Positions 12,800 through 23,590 of a DNA stretch of 64,000 nt are shown here, one piece after another. The notes under the pieces are model-generated. The model was not told the origin of the DNA. It worked only from the letters and a program-made list of their open reading frames with translations, and made no database searches. The DNA is from Rhodosorus marinus CCMP1338. Lineage: Eukaryota > Plantae > Rhodophyta. The DNA is taken from the NCBI GenBank assembly GCA_029953675.1, contig JAMWBK010000012.1:372001-436000 (forward strand). The letters are read 5' to 3'. Every line of letters begins with the position of its first letter. The first letter of the stretch is position 1. The translations under genes and the position numbers were made by a program.

Positions 12800-14470
12800 C
12801 GAGTATGAATCACCAAGAGCTGCATCTGCTTCCTAGTGTGCACTCTCTTAAGGGCGTTCTTGTACTCTTCCTTCCATCCCCGCCCTTAGTAGCAGCTGAT
12901 CAAATAGGGTACGCAAGGTTCGGTCCGCTGGGGAAGACCGGTAGCGAATCCTCCCAGAGTATGGATCTGAAGGGCGGTCAAGTTCGGAAGACGCCGAGGC
13001 CGACGAAACGTTCGAAGGAAGTGAGCTCGCTCAAATAAACTTGCTTGGGACGTCTCCGCACAAGCTTGGTGGTCACCTGGAAAACGTCTGAACCTCCTCG
13101 AAAGTCGAGAAAACCTCATAAATGCTTTTCGGTTAAGTTTCAACTCGAAGGGCTCACGCTAACGTTGAAGGATAAGAAGTCTGGGCCAAGGTGGTTTAGA
13201 GATGAGATTCTCCAGGGTACCTAGCTGTTGAATATCTGAGGAGTATTTGGGGTCACCACACTCGAAAAAGACATGGTACACACACAAAAGCAGCTCTCTT
13301 GCCGATGGGGAGGAATGGCTTTTGCAATACGCAGAAAAATACAACCATTCGCCTTCCTGAGCAGCTGACGGTCGACTCTAGCCCACAAATGGACGGGCTC
13401 CCCTTAGACGACGGGAACAAGCAATGCAATTCTATCTAAACCCCTCGACGAACACCGACTGCGACCACTGATCCACTCCACGGGTCAACTCAACGAGCAG
13501 CTGCTCGAGGTTAACTTACAAACAAAACGCGACCTGCCACGAAGGACACCGCCCCCTGTACTACGAATTACAGATTGGAATTCACTGGCGCGCACAGAAT
13601 AAGATTGCCACCAATATAAAGCCCCCGAGACGCCCCTGCTCGGTTCAATTGACAAACTCCTATCCATCTGGAGCCACCGACGGGCGTTCAATGACTTGGT
13701 AGACACTCTGCACTTGAACGAAACATTACCAGCGCGTGTGAGATCATGTACCGGATCTAAAGGACGCACCTGACTTGGGAACTTCCCGACCAGCAACCCA
13801 CGGGGCCTGAACACTGATGAGACGAACCTTAGCATCCGGAGCTGGTGGGCTTGCCTCTTCCGGGTGTACGAACGTTTCGTACATGTACTATTTAGTACAC
13901 AACCGATTGAATCCCAATTAATCAACGCCCACACCACTGTACCAGCTCCACTGGGAGCTCGACACTGCGACGCAATCTGATCCGAGATGGTCTTGCCATG
14001 CTGCTAAAATAATGGCGACTTGAATTTTCCCTCGAGTCGACCGGGCACTACCCCGGCAGCAACCTACGCCCTGACATCCTCCGTTGACACTCCCGAACCG
14101 GGAAGCTGTCTGTACTTGACGTGAAAGGAACGTCACCGTTGCAACGCACCTACCTTCACAAAGCGTCCTGGGAGACAGGGCACGCAGCATACAATGCAAA
14201 TAAGTTCAAGGTATCCAAATATTGTGACGCGATTGGAGACCATACAGACGACACGATCGTGCCATTCTGAGTGCAGACCTTCGGGGATCCGGGTAAACAT
14301 GCGGATGAGTTCCTCCAAGAGGTAAGCCTCCATCTACACAACCCTGCAGGACAAGTGAGAGAAGCCCGATCGATGCTGAATCGAACATTGGGAAAGGTGA
14401 ATGCGCTCCTGGTCACACAAGCTTGTCGAATAGATGAAGGCACTACCCGTAGCCTCACCACCCACTAGGG
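12800..14470 (+). mobile_element. Old, decayed RLE-type non-LTR element of a third lineage
   Basis: Manual translation of about 13880-14468 gives HC..RRNLIRD..LE..RPDIL..VLDVKGTSPLQRTYL..AA..KVSKY..IVPF*VQTFGDPGKHADEFL..VNA; upstream GQGGLE (about 13185). The 5' boundary is uncertain. Confidence 0.65.
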
Positions 14471-14542
14471 GTTCATCAGTAACGCCTTGACAGTCCTCTG
14501 ATTCAATTTTTAGAGGCTCCATTAGGGAGTCCTTTAGTAAAG

Positions 14543-14610
14543 CGTCCACGGTTAGATTTTTTGCCTGTTGGTTCGCCGTCCACGGTTAGATTTTTTGCCT
14601 GTTGGTTCGC
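14543..14610. repeat. 34-bp tandem duplication
   Basis: CGTCCACGGTTAGATTTTTTGCCTGTTGGTTCGC twice. Confidence 0.9.
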
Positions 14611-15247
14611 CCACCGGCAACTACCGCCAGTTTCCTTGCCATTAGATGAGATAAAAACCAGATGAGATGATTAAAAATGATTTGCGCCCACTGTTAGGTA
14701 ACTAGATATCATTGGATACCATTTTCGAATTATCCAATCAAGATGAGTTTTATGTTGGAGGTTCACGAATCGCTGAGCTCGATAGGATAGAGGTGTCAGC
14801 GACCAGGTGGCGTACATAGGACGCCCGGCTCCAGTGTATGATTTTACTGGTTTTTAGTAGGCATAGCTTGAAACGCTACACAGGGCGTAAGGCGAACTAC
14901 TTACTAGTAACAAAATCGTGCAAGCCAAGGCATACACCTGGAAGAAGGTGAAGAAGAATATGAGGGTGAAGATGAGCAGGGCGTGCCACCGCATGACTTG
15001 CGAGTTCTTTGAGTCTGGGTCACCAGATGATATTGTGGCCCTAAATCCGTCAAACAGATCCTCCAGTCCGGACTGTTTGTACCTGGGCGTTTAGTTGAAA
15101 GCTGCGCTTTGGTTCTCATTGTGAGAGACCGCGTATCTGTTTCAGAGTTCAGTTGTTAGATCCAAGAATTGTAAAGGGTATAAGAGTGGAAATTGTGCTC
15201 GTCTGAGAATCATGGTGAGGGTAGAAGTGCATGTACTGAAGAGCACG

Positions 15248-15958
15248 ATGAAGTCCTCTGTGGTTGTATATTCGATGGTCGTTTTGGGGCTCGCGGTAGC
15301 TTCCGCTGCCATTCGTTTGCCCGATGACTTCCCGTACGATGGAGAGCCGAACTTTCCAGTCCCTACGAAGAAACCGAGACCTCCTGGGTGCTGGATGAAC
15401 CCGTGCAGAAACCGTGCCTCGTGCGCGGAGAGGAGTCCGGGTTACAGGTGCACTTGTCGTCCTGGATTCGAGGGAACTCGGTGTGAGAGAGCAAAGTGGA
15501 CCGAGCTCACATTAGACGTGAATACGTTCTGGGGAACGCTTCCGGACAAGGATTGGGATTTCCTGTTCGGAAAGGACAACTACTCCGACCTGTTCATAAA
15601 GGTTGTAGCACACAGATCCTCTGGAACCACGATGACGAGGGAGACGCGCACCATCGACGAAGTCAACACCACCAGAAATCAGCAGGGAGGCATTGAATTC
15701 AATGAGTCCCTGTGGTTTGGGTTCAGCAAATGGACGAAGGTCGTCGTCTCCCTCATGGACCGGGATCTACTTAGCGCCGAAACCATCTACACTCGCACCT
15801 ACGTGTTTGGCCAAATGGCACTACCCGTTGAGTACGGAGATTCACAACGCATCTTCCCTATGCTGCGTGAGAACGGCAGAATGATGTGCTACGTCAGCAT
15901 CGACGTCAAGCTCTGGCATTGCCATGACCGCCCCACGGCGTTCACGGAGGCGTGCTAA
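15248..15958 (+). CDS. Secreted EGF + C2-domain protein
   Basis: Signal MKSSVVVYSMVVLGLAVASAA; EGF CWMNPCRNRASCAERSPGYRCTCRPGFEGTRCE; C2-like SDLFIKV..FNESLWFG..VSLMDRD; TATAAG about 70 nt upstream. Confidence 0.8.
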   Translation: MKSSVVVYSMVVLGLAVASAAIRLPDDFPYDGEPNFPVPTKKPRPPGCWMNPCRNRASCAERSPGYRCTCRPGFEGTRCERAKWTELTLDVNTFWGTLPDKDWDFLFGKDNYSDLFIKVVAHRSSGTTMTRETRTIDEVNTTRNQQGGIEFNESLWFGFSKWTKVVVSLMDRDLLSAETIYTRTYVFGQMALPVEYGDSQRIFPMLRENGRMMCYVSIDVKLWHCHDRPTAFTEAC

Positions 15959-17402
15959 AAAGCTCTGATTTAGAATTATCTAGTAAACCACCACCAGAAT
16001 TATACATTCTAAAATCAAAATAAATCCGCTCTCAAGGCAGTTTGACAATTAGCAGAAAACCACGTCATTTTTTGGGAAATAAAAATTCTAACTTTAGGAC
16101 AGACGTCCCCTGGACCGCACCTCGCCAAGTTTGCCCAATTAAACAAATCCGCTGTAACAACATCCAATCATATACTCCATAGGAGACAGACTTTCAAAAG
16201 TCCAAAAAGTAGGAACGAACGGACGCTTTTTTTATGAGTTCTGTATTCTAGATGTACAAGACCAATACCTGAAATGTGGATACTTATTGTCGTACAATCC
16301 AAAAATGGGAGTTTTAGACTCTATTTTGGAAGTTGTCCTTTTTGGGTAGTATTCATACTAGATATAGTGCGTAGAACGATTATTATGAATAAATTATTGT
16401 GTGTTATCCGAGATTTCATGAGAGTGGAGGGTGCGTGGGCTAGCGGCAACTTCAAGGCTGCTGACGGGGAAAAAGAATATCCCTTGGGGAGGAGGTGGAA
16501 GACAGGCAGCCTTTCCATCCTCCGCTGGCTGCTGTGAAAAAGAATTAAAAACACCACATTCCACTATTGATGTCATTAGACCACTACTATTGCCGCCAAG
16601 TGTGCTGTTGAGCTCGCTACGCAGGTTCGCATCTACATTTAAGTGTAAGCAAACCTTCGAGGGACGACGGCGGCTACCGATTCCATCGAGAGTCCCGTGC
16701 GCAACTTAAAACTTGTACTTCAGTCCAGCGCATCGATGAGGGCAGTTTTTGGTGAACAAAGACCCTGTCGCTCAGTACCGTCAGAGCTGGAACGTTGGGC
16801 AATAGGAACCTTTACAGGGATTGAGAACTCAACCTGACTCACCGGCACTCAGAATCTGGAGGAGTCTCTGAACAATGACTACGCGTACGCTAGAAGAAGC
16901 CCTTTTCTTCTCGCAGGAGAGCGATCCGGGTGCTCACAGCAGAGTTAGTGGTGGCCCCTCGGCTATGACCACACGAAACTTACCGCCACCTGATGGACAA
17001 GCAGAAAGGCCTCTACTATAATACCGATAAAACTGCTGTACCGCTCAAAACTGTGGACAATTCAGACGAGTAAATGAATTTTTAGCCACCTGCCAGTGGT
17101 TGCTTGTGGTGCGACATCGCAGCAATTTTTTACAGCTATATGTATGCTGGAAGATGCCACGGCAGTCTTTGCAGTTCATTGCTTGGCTTAGCCTCAGAAT
17201 TCCTCGACTGTCTTCCCTGAAAAAAGTCCAGCGGGCTGTGTAGACAGAGATTGCATCTATAGACAGACCATCCCACTCCCTGCTTGTTCAGCACTATAAG
17301 AAGTCACCGTTTCTGATCGATGGGGAACTTTGTGTTAGTCATCATAGTCCTAACGGATGTAGCAGTAAGCAGTAGAAGTGAGAGAAATATTTTGACGAAG
17401 CT

Positions 17403-17927
17403 ATGAAATTGTTTACGACGGTCAACGTTTTCTTGGTGCTCTTTGGAGCAGTTGCGGCGGTAAAGATTGAGTCTAATTCAGCCCGTCCTATCGCTGAACC
17501 TGAGATTGACCCGCCCATTCCGACCCCCCCCCCGCCACCGCAATCAGCGCTGAAGAAATTGACCATAGACATAGGAGGCGGGAATTTCTACGTGGACCAC
17601 GACGGTTGGGGCGCCGGAATCTCCGATCCTTATGCTGTAGTAACCGCTTTTACTACAGACGGAAGGCGACTCACCCGCAGCACAAGAGTCGCGTCCGAGG
17701 AGCAATTTCCTCGCTGGAACCAGAGACTGCCGTTTGGCAGCGGTGCATGGCGATCATTCAGGATCAAGGTTTATGATTCTGATTCCTTCGGAAACGATGA
17801 CCTGATGTTGGAAACCCCGTTGGTGAACATTCAAGACTGGCTCAACCATCCCATCCCGCTCACCGATATCCACCGCCCGTGGCAGGACGGGTTTGTCTAT
17901 CTCGACGAACTGCATCTGTGGAACTGA
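17403..17927 (+). CDS. Secreted Pro-rich + C2-domain protein
   Basis: Signal MKLFTTVNVFLVLFGAVAA; C2 motifs SDPYAVV, T..ASEEQFPRWNQRLPFG, IKVYDSDSFGNDDLM. Confidence 0.82.
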   Translation: MKLFTTVNVFLVLFGAVAAVKIESNSARPIAEPEIDPPIPTPPPPPQSALKKLTIDIGGGNFYVDHDGWGAGISDPYAVVTAFTTDGRRLTRSTRVASEEQFPRWNQRLPFGSGAWRSFRIKVYDSDSFGNDDLMLETPLVNIQDWLNHPIPLTDIHRPWQDGFVYLDELHLWN

Positions 17928-17939
17928 GCCTGGACTGCT

Positions 17940-18170
17940 GGTTTTACTAGACTGGATGAATGGATTGGATGGATTCATTGGGCTTTAATAGAATAGCCTG
18001 AAGCTTGAAGCGCTGCGTAGGGCGTGAAAGAGGACTAGAAACTTGGGAGAAAAGCGTGCAAACCCAGGCGGCGATGGCGCACCGCGGCGAGCATGCTGCT
18101 AGAATCAAGCTAGATTACCTAGAATATCGCCAGAGAGCGACACTTAACCGGCGTAGGAGTCCCAGACTAG
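17940..18170 (-). mobile_element. Degenerate family A 3' end converging on the C2 gene stop
   Basis: Reverse complement includes ..CACGCCCTACGCAGCGCTTCAAGCTTCAGGCTATTCTATTAAAGCC. Confidence 0.7.
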
Positions 18171-18536
18171 TCCAGTTGTTATTCTCATCCGGGGATATCC
18201 TGTTTTGAACAGATGAGTTTTCCAATAAACACTTTCAGTTGCATGTAACGAGCTTATTCCTATCTTGGGTGACATGGTTCTTGTTCTAGAAACCGTCCCA
18301 CAACCCTCATAAAGGAGCTCAAAGGGAACACAAAGCTCACTTATTTTATGTAGTACGGTTAGCCACTCCAGGTGGGAGTGGCGCCCCCTGGGCTCAGCTT
18401 CTCCACGACGAAGCAAACACGGTGTTTATCCCGTGGAGACATGCCCACTCCCCTCAGGTGGGGATCAAGCATCCAAGAAACGTATGATATACTGGACGAA
18501 GTTCGTCCCTCATCCGCTTCTCTATTGCGGTTAAAA

Positions 18537-18698
18537 CGCCCTGACCGTCTTCAATCGTTGTTTACCCGCTTAAGTTTCCTGCTGTGGCGCATGAATGCCG
18601 CTTTGATGTTGGAGGTGCGAGTTCTTCGCCGCACTTAGTCTTTTTTTCCCCTCGGGGTTTTTTTTTTCAGCCTCCGATTAAACCATTCGTTTCGTTCG
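18537..18698 (+). mobile_element. Short family C 3' insertion, candidate TSD TAAAA
   Basis: TAAAA at 18532-18536 and 18699-18703 flanking the C 3' terminus. Confidence 0.8.
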
Positions 18699-19119
18699 TA
18701 AAATGGCGGCTTGATTTTCGTTTCCGATGCTTACGTCCTCTCCTACTATTCTATGTTGAAGTGGCGTCGATCAAACCTGTATCAGCATTAGCCTGGTATT
18801 TCTGCAATATTTGTTGATTCTCTCCGCAATCCTTGCAATTCTGGCAGATTCGACCCCCTCGGGTTTGCACCCTCAATTCCACCCCCAGATCGCAAATTGG
18901 TTATGAATTGAGAACCCGTCTTGTGGTGACAAACCCGAGGTGTTTGTTCGGGTCAGACCCTCGATTCCGTTCCAGAACACCCCTTTTTTTTCAGCAGCGA
19001 GACCCTCGATTCCGCTACAGTAGAAGAGAATTCAATTGCCGTCCAATACCGGCATAAATCATTTTTTCCCGAATCGAAACGAAAAAAACGAACGAACGAA
19101 CGAATTTTCCCGAATCGAA

Positions 19120-20020
19120 CGAACGAATGGTTTAATCGGAGGCTGAAAAAAACAATTGCGAGGGGAAAAAAAGACTAAGCGCGGCGAAGTACTCGCGCCT
19201 CCAACATCAAAGCGGCATTCATGCGCCACAGCAGGAAACTTAAGCGGGTAAACAACGATTGAAGACGGTCAGGGCGTTCGCGGAACAACTCCCGAAGCCA
19301 GCGAGAACCAACAGAGTCCATGAACCCAAAGCACTCAATGATCAGGGGTACCAAGCGATGTGCTAGTGCCGAAGCACGGACACCAGGGGAAGACAAAGCC
19401 CCCGCGTATTTGATCTCTTTGCGGCGTCTCATGCTGGCGGCGGCAGATCCACGGCGCTCCCCCGCAGCCGGGAGATAACGACTAGCTTGAGGGTTAGGAA
19501 CAGCAAGATCAACGTATGTGGTACGGCGGCTGTCGTCACAGGTGATCACCAGGTCGGCTACACGGCGTTCATCATTTTGAAAGTCCGCGACGGGTAAAGG
19601 TTTCTCACGTTCGATTTCCAGACCGGCTTGCCGGACTATAGGCCGAAGTTCCCGGTATAACAGGTTCAAGATCCGTGTGTGGCGGCGGGTTCGAGCACCT
19701 TTCACCGCCGGGCAACTAGCGAGCAGGTGGGCGCCAAAATCTGCGTTGTCTTCAGTCTGAGAGCAGAGAGGGCACGACGAACCCATCTCGTACGGCCAAG
19801 GGGGCTGATGTAAGCCGAGGTATAAGCGCAGTGAAGTACGCACTTCGAAATCCGACAGTGTGAGTGGCGGAAAGGCTGGTACGGTCATGAGCCACTGAGA
19901 GCTAATAACCCCTCCAAGACTACGTAGGCGGGCGCGAGCGCGAGAAGATGAGACCATCTGCGCGAGGAGTCGGCCATATGCAGCACGGTGCAAGTCCCAA
20001 GAAAGGATATTTTGCAGCGC
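19120..20020 (-). mobile_element. 5'-truncated family C CRE (zinc knuckle + RLE intact)
   Basis: ORF 19175-19993: CPLC..HLLASC, RRH, ADL, YVD, KEIKY; (TTCG)n tail at 19080-19128. Confidence 0.93.
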
Positions 20021-20034
20021 AATCGGTGTTTATC

Positions 20035-21340
20035 TGGCTTTATTGGCTTTATTAGCATCTGGCTTTATTGGCTTTGGCTTGGCTTTATTAGCATAGCCTA
20101 CAGCGCTACGCAAACCGTTAAAAGGAACTAAGAACTAGGTAGGGAAGCGTTCAAACCCAGGCGCCGATGGCGCGCCTCGGCAAGCATGCTGCTCGAATAT
20201 CGCCACAGAGAGACACTTAAGCGCCCCAAAAGTTCTAAGTATTCAACAGGATGCTCAGTGAAACATTTCCGCAACCACTCCAAACCCGACTTCTCCACGT
20301 GACTGAAGCTTTCCACAATTAAAGGCTTGAACCGGTGGGAGCGACCCTCAGCGCGAGGTAGGCTGGCCATACTCTCAGCATACCGTCGTTCCTTCACGCG
20401 GCGAAGGGTGAAGCAGCTGCTCCCCGGGGACGGGCGGCAGCCGTAAGATGTGCGCTTGCCACAGGGCATGTAATCTCGAGGTCAACATATGCTGAGCGTC
20501 TGGCGGCAGCATCGGAGACGAGGAGATCTGCGATACGGCGGGGCGGTGCCCTGTCCGAGACCGATCTGGGTAGTTCCGATTCCACCTCAACCGTATGCCC
20601 TACCCGAGTCAGACATTCGCTGAGAATATACTTGAAGCGAGTGTGACGCCTCGTACAAAGACCTCTCAACAGTCCGCATGAACCTAAGAAATGGTAACCA
20701 CAAGCATCGATCCGACTCTCACATCCCTGACAGAAAGACGGCCGATTAGAGTGCCACGGAGCTTGTGGCAAACCCAGGTAAATCCGTGCGGCAGAGCGAA
20801 ACTGAAAGGCATCCAGACCGTGACCCAGTGATGACGGCGTGGTCGTTAGCCGCAAATGTGAAAGATGGCCTCCCATGCCGCGGAGGGGAGCGGCGGTGGT
20901 AGGCGGTGTGAGTGGAGAGTGGAGCAAGATCGCGTGAGCGGCATTATGTTGGCCCCAGGTGAGGCTATGTTGTATCACATCAGTGCGGGAGCTCCACAAT
21001 CGGCTCAGACCCGGGTAATCGGCAACCGGTGACCCGGGGCTAGCTTCCCCCTCGTCGGCGAGTACTGTGTCGATGGGAGAGTCCTCGAGCGCCTCAGTTC
21101 GTCCCCATAGCAGCTCCTTCCAGGAGCGAAATCTGGATCGGCTCTCGTCCGGCACGGCGTTGCACTTGCTGAACGCCTGTTGCAGAGCATCGTAGATACT
21201 CAAAAGCGGCGGCGAAGGGTCACGGGGTCTTCGCTAGTCAGTGCTCTAGCCAAAAGGCAAGCACTTCGCATCCGAAAACTCACCAAGGTGCGAAGCGCGG
21301 TAGCCCAGGAGGCGACCGCCCCTGCCGAGCATACTAGTCC
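20035..21340 (-). mobile_element. 5'-truncated family A1 CRE with expanded AATAAAGCC tail
   Basis: ORFs 20394-21203 and 20128-20469; tail GGCTTTATT repeats at 20035-20095. Confidence 0.92.
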
Positions 21341-21344
21341 ACGT

Positions 21345-21767
21345 AGCATAGCCTACAGCGCTACGCAAACCGTGAAAAGGAACTAAGAACTAGGTAGGGA
21401 AGCGTGCAAACCCAGGCGCCGATGGCGCGCCTCGGCAAGCATGCTGCTCGAGTATCACCACAGAGAGACACTTGTTTATCTTGAATGAATTGGTTTAATC
21501 TCAGGATAAAAGAAAAAAACCCCGAGGGCAAAAAAACAAGACTGAGAGCGGCGAAAATCGCGCGCCTCCAACATCAACGCAGCGTTCATACGTCACAACA
21601 CCAACTTAAACGTGTAAACAACGAGGACAGACGGTCAGGGCGTGTCTCTCTGTGGCGATATTCGAGCAGCATGCTTGCCGTGGCGCGGCATCGGCGCCTG
21701 GGTTTTCACTCTTCCCTACCTAGTTCTTAGTTCCTTTTCACGGTTTGCGTAGCGTTTTAGGCTATGC
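21345..21767. repeat. Inverted repeat made of two A1 3' ends (about 128-bp arms) around a decayed C fragment
   Basis: 21345-21473 is the reverse complement of 21642-21767; both arms are truncated at GTGTCTCTCTGTGG. Confidence 0.85.
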
Positions 21768-21809
21768 CAATAAAGCCAGTAAAGCCCAGAAAAAATCCGT
21801 AAATCGACC

Positions 21810-23590
21810 AAGGATATAATGTGGCTAGGGGGCTGACCGAGATCGAAGCGATTGCACGTCGCGTCGGTTTGACTGTGGAAACAGAAAAATGTCGCTTTCT
21901 CCCCCCGAGGGACGTGTCGCTGGCCTCTCTGCCACCCACTCTGCGACTAATCAGCGAACGTGAAGGGTTCGAACACCACGGCGTCGGATTGGGGACTGAC
22001 AACTTTGTCCAAGCATCCTGCGAGCGAGTTTTGGCACGGCACAAGCAACTCACCGACGCCATTGAGCACCTACCCGACAGCATGCTGCAATCGGCCTGCT
22101 TGCTTTCCCGCTTTTGTGCCGGTCCCAGGCTCAACAACTGGTTGCGCAGCCTGCCTCCAGCTTGGGGCTCGTGGATCGCGGCTAAAGCCGACGAGATGAC
22201 CCTGCAACACTGGGGAACGCTCTTGGATGAGCCCCTCGATCTTGAAGCTGCTCCCGACAGGGACTTGATTCGTGCACAGATCGCTCTACCGTTGCGATTA
22301 GGGGGATTCGGCGTCGCAGACCGTGGGCTGGTATGCTCGCCAGGGGCGGTTGCCTCCTGGGCTACCGCGCTGCGAACGCTGGTGACCTTCCAGATGCGAA
22401 GTGCCTGCCTCTTGGCTCGAGATTTGACCAACGAGGATCCAGTGACCCTGCCGCCCCCGCTTTTGACAATTTATGATGCTCTTCAACACGCGTTCAGGAG
22501 GTGCAACGCCGTGCCGGACGCAAATCGGTCCCGCTTTCGTTCCTGGAGGGAGCTGTTATGGGGACGAGCTGAAGCGATTGAGGCGTGTCCCCTCGACCGA
22601 GTTCTTGCCGATGACGGAGAGGCTAGCCCCGGGTCACCTGTTGCAGACTACCCGGGTTTGAGCCGATTGTGGAGCTCCCGCACTGATGTGATTCAACATA
22701 GCCTCACCTGGGGCCAACACAGTGCCGCTCTCACATTCATGCTCAATTCTCCTCTCACGCCGCCTACCACTGCCGCTCGTCTCCGCGGCATGGGAGGCCA
22801 CCTCTCGCACTTGTGGTTAACCACTCTACCGTCGTCATTGAGTCATCGTCTCGATGCTTTCCAGTTCCGTTCTGCCGCACGGATCTATCTCGGTTTTGCC
22901 CCAGGCTCCGTGGCACTCTAATCGGCCGTCTTTCTGTCAGGGATGTGAGAGCCGGATTGACGCTTGTGGCTACCACTTCCTGGGTTCCTGCGGACTGTTG
23001 AGAGGTCTCCGTACGAGGCGTCACACTCGCCTCAAGTACATCCTCAGCGAATTTTTGACTCGGATAGGGCATACGGTTGAGGTTGAGTCGGAACTGCCCA
23101 CCAATCTCGGACTCTGCACCGCCCCGTTGTATAGCCGATCTCCTCGTCTCCGACGCTGCTGCCAGACGCTCAACATATGTGAACCTTGCGATTACCTGCC
23201 CCGTGGCCAGCGCCCACCTCACCGCAGCCTCCCGCCGCCGGGGGGCCGCGGCTTCAGCCCTTCAAAGAGTTAAGGAACGACGGTATGCTGAGAGCATAGC
23301 CAGTCTGCCTTGCGCTGAGGGTCGCTCTCACCGGTTCCAGCCATTCATTGTGGAAAGCTTTGGTCACGTGGATAAGTCGGGTTTAGAGTGGTTGCGGAAA
23401 TGTTTTGCTGAGCATCCTACTGAATATTTGGCGCTCTTGAGGCGTTTCAGTGTCTCCCTCTGGCGATATTCCAGCGAAATGCTTTCCGAGGCGCGCCATC
23501 GGCGCCTGGGGTTGCATGCTTCCCTCCCTAGTTATTAGTTCATCTTCACGCCTTGCGTAGCGCTTCAGGCTATGCTAGTAAAGTCCAGTC
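21810..23590 (+). mobile_element. 5'-truncated family A2 CRE
   Basis: ORFs 21821-22921, 22854-23273, 23077-23538; tail AGTAAAGTCCAGTCCAGTAAAGTCC. Confidence 0.92.
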
